Of a stretch of 55,713 nt of DNA, positions 11,584 to 24,275 are shown piece by piece. The position numbers were made by a program, and so were the translations under genes. The notes beneath the pieces are model-generated. The model searched no databases. It worked only from the letters and a program-made list of their open reading frames with translations, and was not told the origin of the DNA. This stretch comes from Octopus bimaculoides (Eukaryota): the NCBI RefSeq assembly GCF_001194135.2, contig NC_069003.1, positions 31,705,286 through 31,760,998 on the forward strand. The letters run 5' to 3'. Numbering within the stretch: position 1 is the stretch's first letter; each line of letters opens with the position of its first letter.

Positions 11584-13913
11584 TGCATTTCTTTTGGTGC
11601 TAATGTGGTTCATGTTCCCTCCCCCCTCCCGTCTGCTCTACCAAAAAGGCAGAGATATGACACATTGACTTGATAATCCACCATCACCTCCGTCCACCCT
11701 TCTCTATCTCCACCCTGCTCCATCATAAAAGTCAAACATATTTCCATTCCCTCCTAATTTACAGTTTTCTGCTGTCCCACCCTCCAAGAAGCTCCCCTTC
11801 CACTTCCCAAAAAAGCTGTTTCACTCCTCCCTCAAGAAGCTACCCCTCTCTTCAGAGATAACAAACTTCTTCTCCAGCATGTTATGAGAGAGGAGAGGAG
11901 AGGAACATTGTCCTTCTTTAACATTTGCAATCTCTTTCTTCTGCAAATCTTGTCTCTTTTGCTTAGTCTTAGAATGTCAGCCTTGCTAGGTTTTTACATC
12001 TACAACAATGTCTTTACACTCTCCACGCTCCTTGCAACATATATCCTTAAACTTAACCCATCCTCTTTTAACATCTGTTTTCCATGTTGGCATGGGCTGG
12101 ACGGTTTGACAGGAACTGACCAGCTGAAGAACTGCCCCAGGCTCCATGCTTGTTTTGGCATGGTTTCTATGGCCGGAGCCGGATGCCCTTCCTAACGCCA
12201 AACACTTTACAGAGTGAACTGGGTGCTTCTTACGTGTTACTCAGCGCCAGCATGGGTGCTTTTACATGGCATTGGCATAGCTGTTTTTTTACATGATGCC
12301 AACACCCACAAGCCTGCAAGATTAGGATCACTCAGCTGAAGAGGAGATACAGTGGACGTGTCTGTATGCAAGGACAACTTTGCTTTTACTTAACTTGACA
12401 TGTCTTCTCAAGCACAGCAAACCACCAGAAGCCTCAGACCCTTGTCATTCCTGTGTGAGACCCAATGTCTTATGATCCTTTCTTACCACTTCCGCCTACA
12501 TCTTCCTGAATCTACTCCTTCCACATGTCCACCCGAATTCAGATGAGAGCAGGCATGGCAGAATGATTAAGTTAACTTTGCAGTCTAAAGGTTCTGGAGT
12601 GGATCCTGTTCTGCACAATATCCCAGGCAGTGTTTTCTTGCATAGCTTCAGATTGGCCGATACTTTGTAAGTTAGAACTCACTTGTCAAAAACTGTACAG
12701 AAGCTGTTCCTCTAATTCAAAGGGCCAGTCTGCCTTGTCACACTAATTCTATAGGTGTGGCTGTGTGGTAAGAAGCTTGTTTCCCAACCACATGGCTCCG
12801 GGTTCAGCCCTACTGCGCGGAACCTTGAGCAAGTGTCTTCTACTATAGCCTTGGGCCGACCAAAGCCTTGTGAATGCATTTGGTAGATGCAAACTGAAAG
12901 AAGCACATTGTATATACATGTATATATCTGTGTGTGCATCTGTATTTCTCCCTTCATCACTGCTTGACAGCCAGTGGTGGTCTGTTTACATCCCTGTAAC
13001 TTAGCAGTTCAGCAAAAGTGACTAATAGAATAAGTACTGGGTTAAAAAAATAACTCCCCGCAGGCGGAGGGGTGGGGGCAGGTTCCCCACTCCTGGTCTA
13101 TAGAGTATGTTAATCCTTTAACATTTAAACTGGCCATATTCAGCCAAAATATTCTGCCTGTTCTATGTTCAAACCAACTGGATCCAGCCTCTTACACCTA
13201 GCCTACAATGTCATTTTAAAACTGAACAATCACTTCATCAAAATCTTGAGGCTACAAGAGTAATTCATGATTCATGCAAAACGATGTGAATGAATAAGCA
13301 TTACATTTAGAAAGAGGGATTTGAGAAACAAAAATTTGTTGCTATTTCTAGCAAATCAAAAGATCACATAGAGGTTCCCTCACCAATATGTGGCGATTGT
13401 TGATGTTCAGCATCAGATCCACTTTCTTTGAGTGGTCCTAAAATCAAAGGTGTTCTAGACATGACCATCTTGCAAGAATTACATTAAGAAATGTGGTCCC
13501 CTTTTCTTTAAATGGTAGTGTATTATTTGTGGGTAAATTAGCTGCTATTTCTAGCAGATTAAGCAACCGACTACTTGTAGTGGTTGTGGTTCATTGGGAT
13601 CATAGTAGTGGTGGTGGTGTTGAGATTGTTGGTTGATTGTTAATGTAATGGTGGTGGTTGTGGCAGTGGTTGATTGTTATTTTAGTGGTGGTGGTTGTAG
13701 TTAGGATGCTGGTGATGCTAGGATGTTTGTCAGTCAGTCAGTCAGCCAAGTTACTTGTGTTAAAAGTGGTGGTGGCGGCAGCACTGGGTGTGGTGGTGGT
13801 GGAAGTGTGAGGGTGGTGAATTGATAGCAACCATTAATATGGTTTCTCTTCTGTCTACAGATGTGGCAAGGATAGAGTGGTGAATGAAGGAAGAGGTGAT
13901 TGCTTATCTATTT

Positions 13914-13965
<52 letters not shown>

Positions 13966-16900
13966 NNNNNNNNNNNNNNNNNNNNNNNNNNNNNNNNNNN
14001 NNNNNNNNNNNNNNNNNNNNNNNNNNNNNNNNNNNNNNNNNNNNNNNNNNNNNNNNNNNNNNNNNNNNNNNNNNNNNNNNNNNNNNNNNNNNNNNNNNNN
14101 NNNNNNNNNNNNNNNNNNNNNNNNNNNNNNNNNNNNNNNNNNNNNNNNNNNNNNNNNNNNNNNNNNNNNNNNNNNNNNNNNNNNNNNNNNNNNNNNNNNN
14201 NNNNNNNNNNNNNNNNNNNNNNNNNNNNNNNNNNNNNNNNNNNNNNNNNNNNNNNNNNNNNNNNNNNNNNNNNNNNNNNNNNNNNNNNNNNNNNNNNNNN
14301 NNNNNNNNNNNNNNNNNNNNNNNNNNNNNNNNNNNNNNNNNNNNNNNNNNNNNNNNNNNNNNNNNNNNNNNNNNNNNNNNNNNNNNNNNNNNNNNNNNNN
14401 NNNNNNNNNNNNNNNNNNNNNNNNNNNNNNNNNNNNNNNNNNNNNNNNNNNNNNNNNNNNNNNNNNNNNNNNNNNNNNNNNNNNNNNNNNNNNNNNNNNN
14501 NNNNNNNNNNNNNNNNNNNNNNNNNNNNNNNNNNNNNNNNNNNNNNNNNNNNNNNNNNNNNNNNNNNNNNNNNNNNNNNNNNNNNNNNNNNNNNNNNNNN
14601 NNNNNNNNNNNNNNNNNNNNNNNNNNNNNNNNNNNNNNNNNNNNNNNNNNNNNNNNNNNNNNNNNNNNNNNNNNNNNNNNNNNNNNNNNNNNNNNNNNNN
14701 NNNNNNNNNNNNNNNNNNNNNNNNNNNNNNNNNNNNNNNNNNNNNNNNNNNNNNNNNNNNNNNNNNNNNNNNNNNNNNNNNNNNNNNNNNNNNNNNNNNN
14801 NNNNNNNNNNNNNNNNNNNNNNNNNNNNNNNNNNNNNNNNNNNNNNNNNNNNNNNNNNNNNNNNNNNNNNNNNNNNNNNNNNNNNNNNNNNNNNNNNNNN
14901 NNNNNNNNNNNNNNNNNNNNNNNNNNNNNNNNNNNNNNNNNNCCCCCCCACTTTTGATCCTTTTTGTCTGAGGAAAGGTTTATTTTTCTTTCTCAATATT
15001 TACCACTATTTCTGCTGTTTTCTCTCTCTCTGGTCAAATTGGATGTAACTTGACCTATAAAGGTTAGTGGACATTTATTAAGGATGATGGTGGTGATTTG
15101 GAAGGAAAAAAAACATGAAATGCAAATGTATGTTTGTGTGCATTACCAACCTTGTAATATCTTTTCTATGTACTATGTTTCTAATAAGCGATATAGCTTT
15201 GTTTGACAACATGTAAAATTTTAAGTTACCTGAAGCTGAATCAAACTTATTATATTTGTATAGTTGCAAATATATCCACACACACACATACACACATATA
15301 TATATGTATATATAGTAACGCACATATATGTATAATATATGTATATATAATGACACACATATGTATATAGTCAGACATATATATATATGTATATATATTG
15401 TCATGCAGCAGTGGCTGTGTGGGAAGTAGCTTCCTTACCAACCACATGGTCCCAGGTTCAGTCCCACTGTGTAGCACCTTGGGCAAGTGTCTTCTACTAT
15501 AGCCTCGGGCCTTGTGAGTGGATTTGGTAGAGAGAAACTGAAAGAAGCCCGTCGTATGTGTGTGTTTGTGTGTCTGTGTTTGTCTCCCCACCATCGCTTG
15601 ACAACCAATGTTGGTGTGTTTACATCTCTGGAGCTTAGTGGTTCAGCAAAAGAGACCAATAGAATGAGTACTAGACTTACAAAGAATAAGTCCTGGGATT
15701 GATTTGTTTGACTAAAGGCGGTGCTCCAGCATGGCTGCAATCAAATGACTGAAATAAATAAAAGAATATACATGCAGATGTGCTTAAGCATATGTATGTA
15801 CATATACTTATGCATATATATATATATATATATATATGTCATTGTGTGTATATAGTTACATACATATATATGTATATTTAGTAGCCCACCACATGGGAAG
15901 CCCAGATTTGATTTCTAACCAACACAAACAAGATTTTTTGGCATTCTTTTTAATGGCAGTGCCCCAGCATGGCCAATTCTTCTGATTAAACCTGGACAAA
16001 AACAAAAATCTCTTACTGAAAGAGCAGTAGAAGATTAAAAGAGAAAAACTACCTTGGTTAAANNNNNNNNNNNNNNNNNNNNNNNNNNNNNNNNNNNNNN
16101 NNNNNNNNNNNNNNNNNNNNNNNNNNNNNNNNNNNNNNNNNNNNNNNNNNNNNNNNNNNNNNNNNNNNNNNNNNNNNNNNNNNNNNNNNNNNNNNNNNNN
16201 NNNNNNNNNNNNNNNNNNNNNNNNNNNNNNNNNNNNNNNNNNNNNNNNNNNNNNNNNNNNNNNNNNNNNNNNNNNNNNNNNNNNNNNNNNNNNNNNNNNN
16301 NNNNNNNNNNNNNNNNNNNNNNNNNNNNNNNNNNNNNNNNNNNNNNNNNNNNNNNNNNNNNNNNNNNNNNNNNNNNNNNNNNNNNNNNNNNNNNNNNNNN
16401 NNNNNNNNNNNNNNNNNNNNNNNNNNNNNNNNNNNNNNNNNNNNNNNNNNNNNNNNNNNNNNNNNNNNNNNNNNNNNNNNNNNNNNNNNNNNNNNNNNNN
16501 NNNNNNNNNNNNNNNNNNNNNNNNNNNNNNNNNNNNNNNNNNNNNNNNNNNNNNNNNNNNNNNNNNNNNNNNNNNNNNNNNNNNNNNNNNNNNNNNNNNN
16601 NNNNNNNNNNNNNNNNNNNNNNNNNNNNNNNNNNNNNNNNNNNNNNNNNNNNNNNNNNNNNNNNNNNNNNNNNNNNNNNNNNNNNNNNNNNNNNNNNNNN
16701 NNNNNNNNNNNNNNNNNNNNNNNNNNNNNNNNNNNNNNNNNNNNNNNNNNNNNNNNNNNNNNNNNNNNNNNNNNNNNNNNNNNNNNNNNNNNNNNNNNNN
16801 NNNNNNNNNNNNNNNNNNNNNNNNNNNNNNNNNNNNNNNNNNNNNNNNNNNNNNNNNNNNNNNNNNNNNNNNNNNNNACACGCATACATACATGTAATTC

Positions 16901-16998
16901 TACAATACCCTATGTATATGTACTAAATCTCATGTAACTTAATAAATATTCATATAAACTAATACATATTCATACATATGTGTGTATGTGTATATATA

Positions 16999-17039
<41 letters not shown>

Positions 17040-19714
17040 CCATTTTTCTAACCTTTAGAATGCAAATGTGTTCCCTTCAGAATTGCTACTCCATATAAAA
17101 TATTATTTTATCTTTGTCCTTTTTTTTATTTTTATACTCTCCCTGTAGTCTGCATATTTCTTCTTACAATTCATTTCTAAAGTCTACAACTTCATTTCTT
17201 AAGCTGTATGTGGGTCATTACCTGCATGAGGATCATATACAGATTATTTGAGATTGCAGAGTTTTCACAAAGAATACTGTTTGTTTTGTTTATTAGAGCA
17301 TTTTATCTCTCTCTCTCTCTCTAGGTATATATATAAGGTATGTAAAAAAACAAAACAATTCAAACTATACATGTAAGAAAATTTATCTAAAATATTAGCA
17401 TCGAAGCGAAACAGAATTAGGGTTAGATAGACGATGTTTGTTTTGTTTTTGTTTAGTTTTTCTTCCCTACTCAGTTTATACCCAAAAAATGACAAGAATG
17501 TCTGCTCTTTATATTGTTAAATAACCCCTTTGTTGATGGTGCAATCGACCATTTTACAAACAGGATGTTACTATATTCAGTTATCAATACTCATTTGTGT
17601 AAATTCAATATAATGAACGGTTAATTTCGTGTTTCCTCGTGTGTTTTGTACAGTAACACATGGCACCAAATATCTTGTGTTCAAATGTATATTAAGAGTC
17701 TAAGAGAAGGAAGTGTATTTTGTGAATGGTGTTAATGGGATTTGTATGTTTACAGTAATGATATTGAATGTTTGATCTGGAAATGTATTATATAAATGCA
17801 GTGAGCCGTGTCTCAGTAGTACACATTAATTGACGTAATTTGTTACAAGTGTATAAATTACTTGTAAGGAAAAAACATCAACAAATAATGAAGCAATTTT
17901 TTTCCCCCTGTTTTTCCCAGGTAACTTTATAACACAAAACTGATTCAGTAAATACAGGTGTAGGTGTGGCTCTGTGGTTAAAATGTGTGCTGCCAAACCA
18001 CATGGTTTTGGGTTCAGTCCCACTGCATGCCACGTTGGACAGGTGTCTTATGCTATAGCCCAGGGTCAACCAAAGCCTTGAAGTGGATTTGGTTGGTGGA
18101 AATTGAAAGAAGCCTGTCGTATGTGTGTATATGAGGTGATGCTGAAAAGTTCCTGTCTTTAAGGGTATCGTGAAAGGCCTGGTTAGAGGCCCAACCTTCC
18201 AAGTTCTTTTGCAGGGCTTAGAAAAACTGAAGGACCGCTGCAATAAGTGTGTGAATCTGAGAGGGGAATAAGTTGAGTAAAGTCATAATTAACTGATCTT
18301 CCTGTTATCTTCTTTTACCCAAAGCCAGGAACGATGTACTCAGGGTTCTTATTATGTAAGATAAAATATATTATTACTGACTTTTAGGTACAAAATTTTC
18401 GGGTTGCATTACATTTGAGATTGTATTGTATTTGAGTTAAATATCTTAATTGGTAAGCAGGAAATTAATAATAAATTTAGTGGATGTCTCTTTGTTTTAT
18501 TTATATAATAATCTTAAGTCAATAATCTTGTGTGTATAATCCTTCCTTGTCNNNNNNNNNNNNNNNNNNNNNNNNNNNNNNNNNNNNNNNNNNNNNNNNN
18601 NNNNNNNNNNNNNNNNNNNNNNNNNNNNNNNNNNNNNNNNNNNNNNNNNNNNNNNNNNNNNNNNNNNNNNNNNNNNNNNNNNNNNNNNNNNNNNNNNNNN
18701 NNNNNNNNNNNNNNNNNNNNNNNNNNNNNNNNNNNNNNNNNNNNNNNNNNNNTCTCTCTCTCTCTCTCTCTCTCTACTTCCTCCCCCCCCCCACCTCTGC
18801 TTTAACATTTCCTGTTATTATTTTGTTCATTGCCAGGAAATTTGTAGAAATTACTTATCGACCTCCCCACCCCCGTTATACCCCACCACCAGTGTGTGTG
18901 AAAGAGACAGAGATGGCTCAGCAAGAGAATCTTTTGAAACAACCATCTTTAACCTCCATACTGAGATAGGATTTAGTCATGAAAGGATCCACAAATTGAA
19001 AAATATGGTTGCATCTTTACATCATCGTCATTATTTTTTTAATATCCACTTTTCCATATTCTCATGGGTCAGGCATAGTTTTATGGAGGCATATCTTCTA
19101 TGGCCAGATGCCCTTCCTGCCACCAACCCTCAACTGTCTTCAAACAAAATAATATTTCCTAAGAGCCAGACATGTTCTTTGAGAATATTGGAAATGAATA
19201 ACATTTGCTTGTATGACAGTGACAACATCATGCAAGTGTTATCCTTCTTTTCCTGTATTCTATCAAAAGATGTCTGGTCATGGGGAAATATTCAGGGCAC
19301 CCATCCGCAGGAAATCTGTCTCAACAAATTCTGTGCAACTCATGCAAGCTTGGAAAAGTGGGCATTAAAACAATGATGATACACACACATACTATGTATT
19401 ATATTTATCATATGCATATATATATATATATATATATATAATCCTCTAATCCATGCTCTATTCTCTTTTTCCAGATACCTGTTATGTACTGTCATTTGCC
19501 ATCATTATGTTGAACACAAGTTTACACAATCCCAGTGTGAAAGACAAACCGACAGTGGAAAGATTCATTCAGATGAATCGAGGAATTAATGATGGAGAAG
19601 ATTTACCAGCAAAACTTCTCACGGTACGTATGATTAGAAGCTACTTAATAAAAAAAAAATTTTTTAAACTAAAATTATTTCTTCATTGAGAGAAATTCCA
19701 ACTAATTGAGTATT

Positions 19715-19761
<47 letters not shown>

Positions 19762-22700
19762 CTTTTTAGTAAGTCATTAGTACAAGATCCCCTTAGTCAG
19801 AAAAGGGAAGTTCATCATGAAGGATGACTTTATTTCTAGCAGGGTACATGAGACTGATGTGAGTAAGGGAGGAAGTAATTGGGGAGTTGGTTCAAATACT
19901 TACAACAGAGTGGACATTGAGTGGACATTGCTGAAAGCATCCAGAGTCCAAATGGCGCTATGATAATGTGCCTCACCCCTTGCTTTTTTTTTTTGCTTTT
20001 TTGATAATACATAGCTTGTTTGAATAATGAGATATAGAATATGTTCAGCAGTAAATTCTTTATGAAATACAACCTTGGTCAGGTAGCAGACAAATTCATT
20101 AATCTTTCCAGCATCCCTGGTTCAATTCATTTTGAAAATAATGAATTTAATAAAATAATTTTGTCATTAAGTTAGTGTTTGCAACATAACATGAAATTTT
20201 GGTGGGAAATTTCAATTTAGATCACTGTAAAACACGAGATTTGTATCATAGAGCCAGGGGAATTCTCAAAAGTGGTTGGTATTAAAAAGGGTTAACTATG
20301 TATGTCAACAGCTTTACCGCACCATCTGGTCTATAACCCTGTGTAGGTGGAGGTGGTGGTGGTAGTGGGGAGATCATGAATGTAATGACTCTGTGTATGT
20401 CTCAGTCTATATGTGTATGGTGTTGTATGTATGTGTAAGTAGGTGAATGTTGTTTATTTCATTTGGTTCATTACCATCCAGTACCATATGTCTGGTGATA
20501 GCTTGTAGCTATCACTGGCACAGTTTTTAGTGTCAGAGGTCACCCGTTGACACGGGTGATGTGATGTGGAAAATATAAGGGGCTGTCTTATATTAACTGT
20601 GATTCATTATCTTGCCCTATCTGCCATGTTGTCTTGGTCTGTTGACATCTCATTACAGGCTATCAACCAACCAGTCAGTGCATTATACAAAACACACACA
20701 CACAAACACACATCTATATGAGAAGGAACTTCTACATTGAAGATATCTCCTCCCTCAACTTCTACCCGGCTATCTTGCAAACTGAAGATGCATAGTTGAG
20801 GAAAACAGTACACAGACTATGGAAGACTGGGAAATGCTTTAACCCTTTAGCATTTAAACCAGCTATACTCAGCCCAAGGTCTGGCCTCACACACCTATCC
20901 TACAATGTCATTCTAAAAGTAAACAATGACATCATGAAAATCTCAATGCTACAAAGTAATGCATGATTAATTCAAAATGTATTAAAAACTGACAGTGTGC
21001 TTCATTAGAAACCTGGCGGCGAGCTGGCAGAAACGGTAGCACACCGGGCAAAATGCTTAGCGGTATTTCGTCTGCCGTTACGTTCTGAGTTCAAATTCCA
21101 CCGAGGTCGACTTTACCTTTCATCCTTTCAGGGGGTCGATAAATTAAGTACCAGTTACGCACTGGGGTCGATATAATCGACTTAAGCCCTATGTCTGTCC
21201 TTGTTTGTCCCCTCTATGTTTAGCCCCTTGTGGGCAATAAAGAAATAAGAAACCTGGTTCTTCTTCTTCTTGGTAGCCTCTTGAGTTTAAGAAAGACAGT
21301 TCTGCAATTTCCTGCTGAACAACAACTTGTACAAGTGATTTGTTTATGGTAATCAAATGTTTGTGTTCTACATAAGCTCACTAACTCCATCAAATCAACA
21401 TTACCTGTACAGGTGCACTGTGTGTCACACATCAGATGTGAAATGGAATATTTTGCTCGAGTTCAATGCACTGCCCAGTCCAAGAATTGAAACCACGATA
21501 TCGTAATCATCAGTGCAGCACCCTTACCACTAAGCCACACTAAAAACCTGGTGAACAAAGTGTTAATCTCTCAATGTTGTAATCTGATTAATCTAATTCT
21601 AATTGTTCTTTCTTGCAGAGTTTATATGAAAGTATAAAAAATGAACCCTTTAAAATCCCTGAAGACGACGGTAATGATCTGATGCATACGTTCTTCAACC
21701 CAGTCAAAGAAGGATGGTTATGGAAACAAGGTAAGCTTTAATGGTAGTGACTTCCCAGAAATCAGACTAATTTCTTTGAAGGCTTGTTAAACTTTGTGGA
21801 CTCCACTTGTAGTATTTCTAGCTCTGTGGCCATTTTGTTGTTCAATTTATTAATAAAGTTTGATTTTTTTTTTTTTTTTTTCTTGTCTAGGTGGTCGTTA
21901 CAAGAACTGGAAAAGAAGATGGTTCATACTTAATGATAACTGTCTCTATTACTTTGAATATACAACTGTAAGTAGTGTCTTCTTTGTTATTTCATTACCG
22001 TTCATTACACAGTTACCTTTTATCTTCCTTTAACTGAAGCCTTTAAACAATATTATTGTCATAATCAGACATTTAGATACCAGAGAAATATTGAGGTTCA
22101 TAATTTGCAGCTTGCTCCTCTTCAGAATCATTAACCATTTAACAACCACATTGCCAGTACCGCCTGACTGGCCTTCGTGCTGGTGGCACGTTAAAGCACC
22201 CACTACACTCTCGGAGTGGTTGGTGTTAGGAAGGGCATCCAGCTGTAGAAACTCTGCCAAATCAGATTGGAGAGCCTGGTGTAGCCATCTGGTTTTATCA
22301 GTCCTCAGTCAAATCGTCCAACCCATGCTAGCATGGAAAGCGGACGTTAAACGATGATGATGATGATGACGATTTCTACCCACAAGAACACTGACTGTGT
22401 ATTTTTACTTCACTTAATTTCCTTCAAAATAAGAAAAAACTTCTGAAGAGTTTGGTAAAAAATGTTTTTTTGTTATTTACTTATTAGTATATTAAACTGC
22501 TATTTGGAATACAACTTCAGACGTTTGCTACCATAGGGAGATGGTTGCCCCAGCAACCAGCTGGTACTCATTTTCAGCTCGGTAGACTGGCACCCAGTCC
22601 ATAGATCAAACCTCCATTAACCTGATGATCAGGAGTCCAGCCCACTAACCACTAAGCCGCTTACATTCACAAATGTATGTATTTATTAATAATTTTCATG

Positions 22701-24190
22701 TATTTTACAGGACAAAGAACCAAAAGGTATCATTCCTCTTGAAAATATACGTGTCCGAGAGGTCGGTCCTGAAAAAACCAACAAACCAAACTGCTTTGAG
22801 ATTCATTCTGGTGGCCATGAAATAATTAAAGCTTGTAAATTAGATTCTGAAGGCAAAGTAGTTGAAGGTAAAATAGACTGTCTTAAATATCATATAGACT
22901 GTGAGTGATATCACTAATACAACACATACTGCATAAAATATGAGTAATAACACATCATGTTTGGTGTCGGTCATATCATATGTACATCAACCCATGCTAG
23001 CATGGAAAGCGGACGTTAAACGAAGATGATGATGATCATCATCATCATAAATAGCACATACACCATCAACATTTTTCATCATTTTATGTCCACTTTTCCG
23101 TGCTTGAGTCAAACGGAATTTGTTGAGCCAAATTTTCTAAGGCCAGATAGCCTTCCTGTTACCAACCATTACCTGTTTTCAAACAAGGTAATATTTCTCA
23201 TGGCCAGACATTTTCCCCACAGAAGACTGGAAACAAACAGCTTCACTTGTATGACAAGCAGAAATATTAACACGCAGGGCGAAATGCTTAGCGGTATTTT
23301 GTCTGTCTTTATGTTTTGAGTTCAAATTCCGCCGAGGTCGACTTTGCCATTCATCATTTCGAGATCGATAAATTAAGTACCAGTTCTGAAATGGAATTGA
23401 TCTAATCAACTGGCCCCACTCCCCAAAAATTTCAGGCCTTGTGCCTAGAGTAGAAAAGAATATTTTGCTATTTCTTCTCAATGGGTATGAACTATCTTGA
23501 AGCATTTCAGCACACACCTGAGCTCATCTCTGTCTCTTCTTTCGGCCACCCTGCCTTAGGGTCCTCGTTTGTAGCTGACGATGAAAGACTGCTGTACAAA
23601 TTCGGGGATTTGTATGAGGTGTGTCCCATCCACCTCAGCTGTGCTTTGGTAACCAATATGGTAGAATTAGAAATACCATTTACACAAATTATGACAGTGA
23701 TGGGCAAACTGTGGCCCAGAGGACTTTCTGTATGGTACCTTCAACGAAAAATCACTTTGAATTATTTTACTAATATATTCCACTTAATAATGAGCCATCT
23801 TTCATGTGGCTCACTTCTCAAAAAGGGTTGCCCATGCCTGATCTATGATACTATAACTACCACATTCAACATGTAACTACTACCTTTGAACTGTATGACA
23901 TAAATATCACAAAATGTATACTATCGTTAATACCACACAGCATATACACCTCAGATGTCCTGAATGCCTTCCTTATCTTCCTATGTATTTTTTCCCCCCC
24001 ACTCTAGGTAAACACACTGTGTATCGAATGTCAGCATCTCGAGCAGAAGATAAAGAAGAATGGATGACTGCTATCAAGTGAGTAAAATTTCTTTGTTTTA
24101 CAATAGAGATAGGTTTGATGAGTCACTCAAGTAGTTGACTCATTGTAAGGCTGACTGCTTGCTCATGCAAGGCCAAGCGCTTGCACAGAT

Positions 24191-24275
<85 letters not shown>

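Noticed and set aside
13845-13900. Acceptor-like ctgtctacag| followed by ATGTGGCAAGG... and GT donors
   Set aside because: The 19- or 35-nt exons would shift frame or contain TGA; embedded in a GT-rich low-complexity region.
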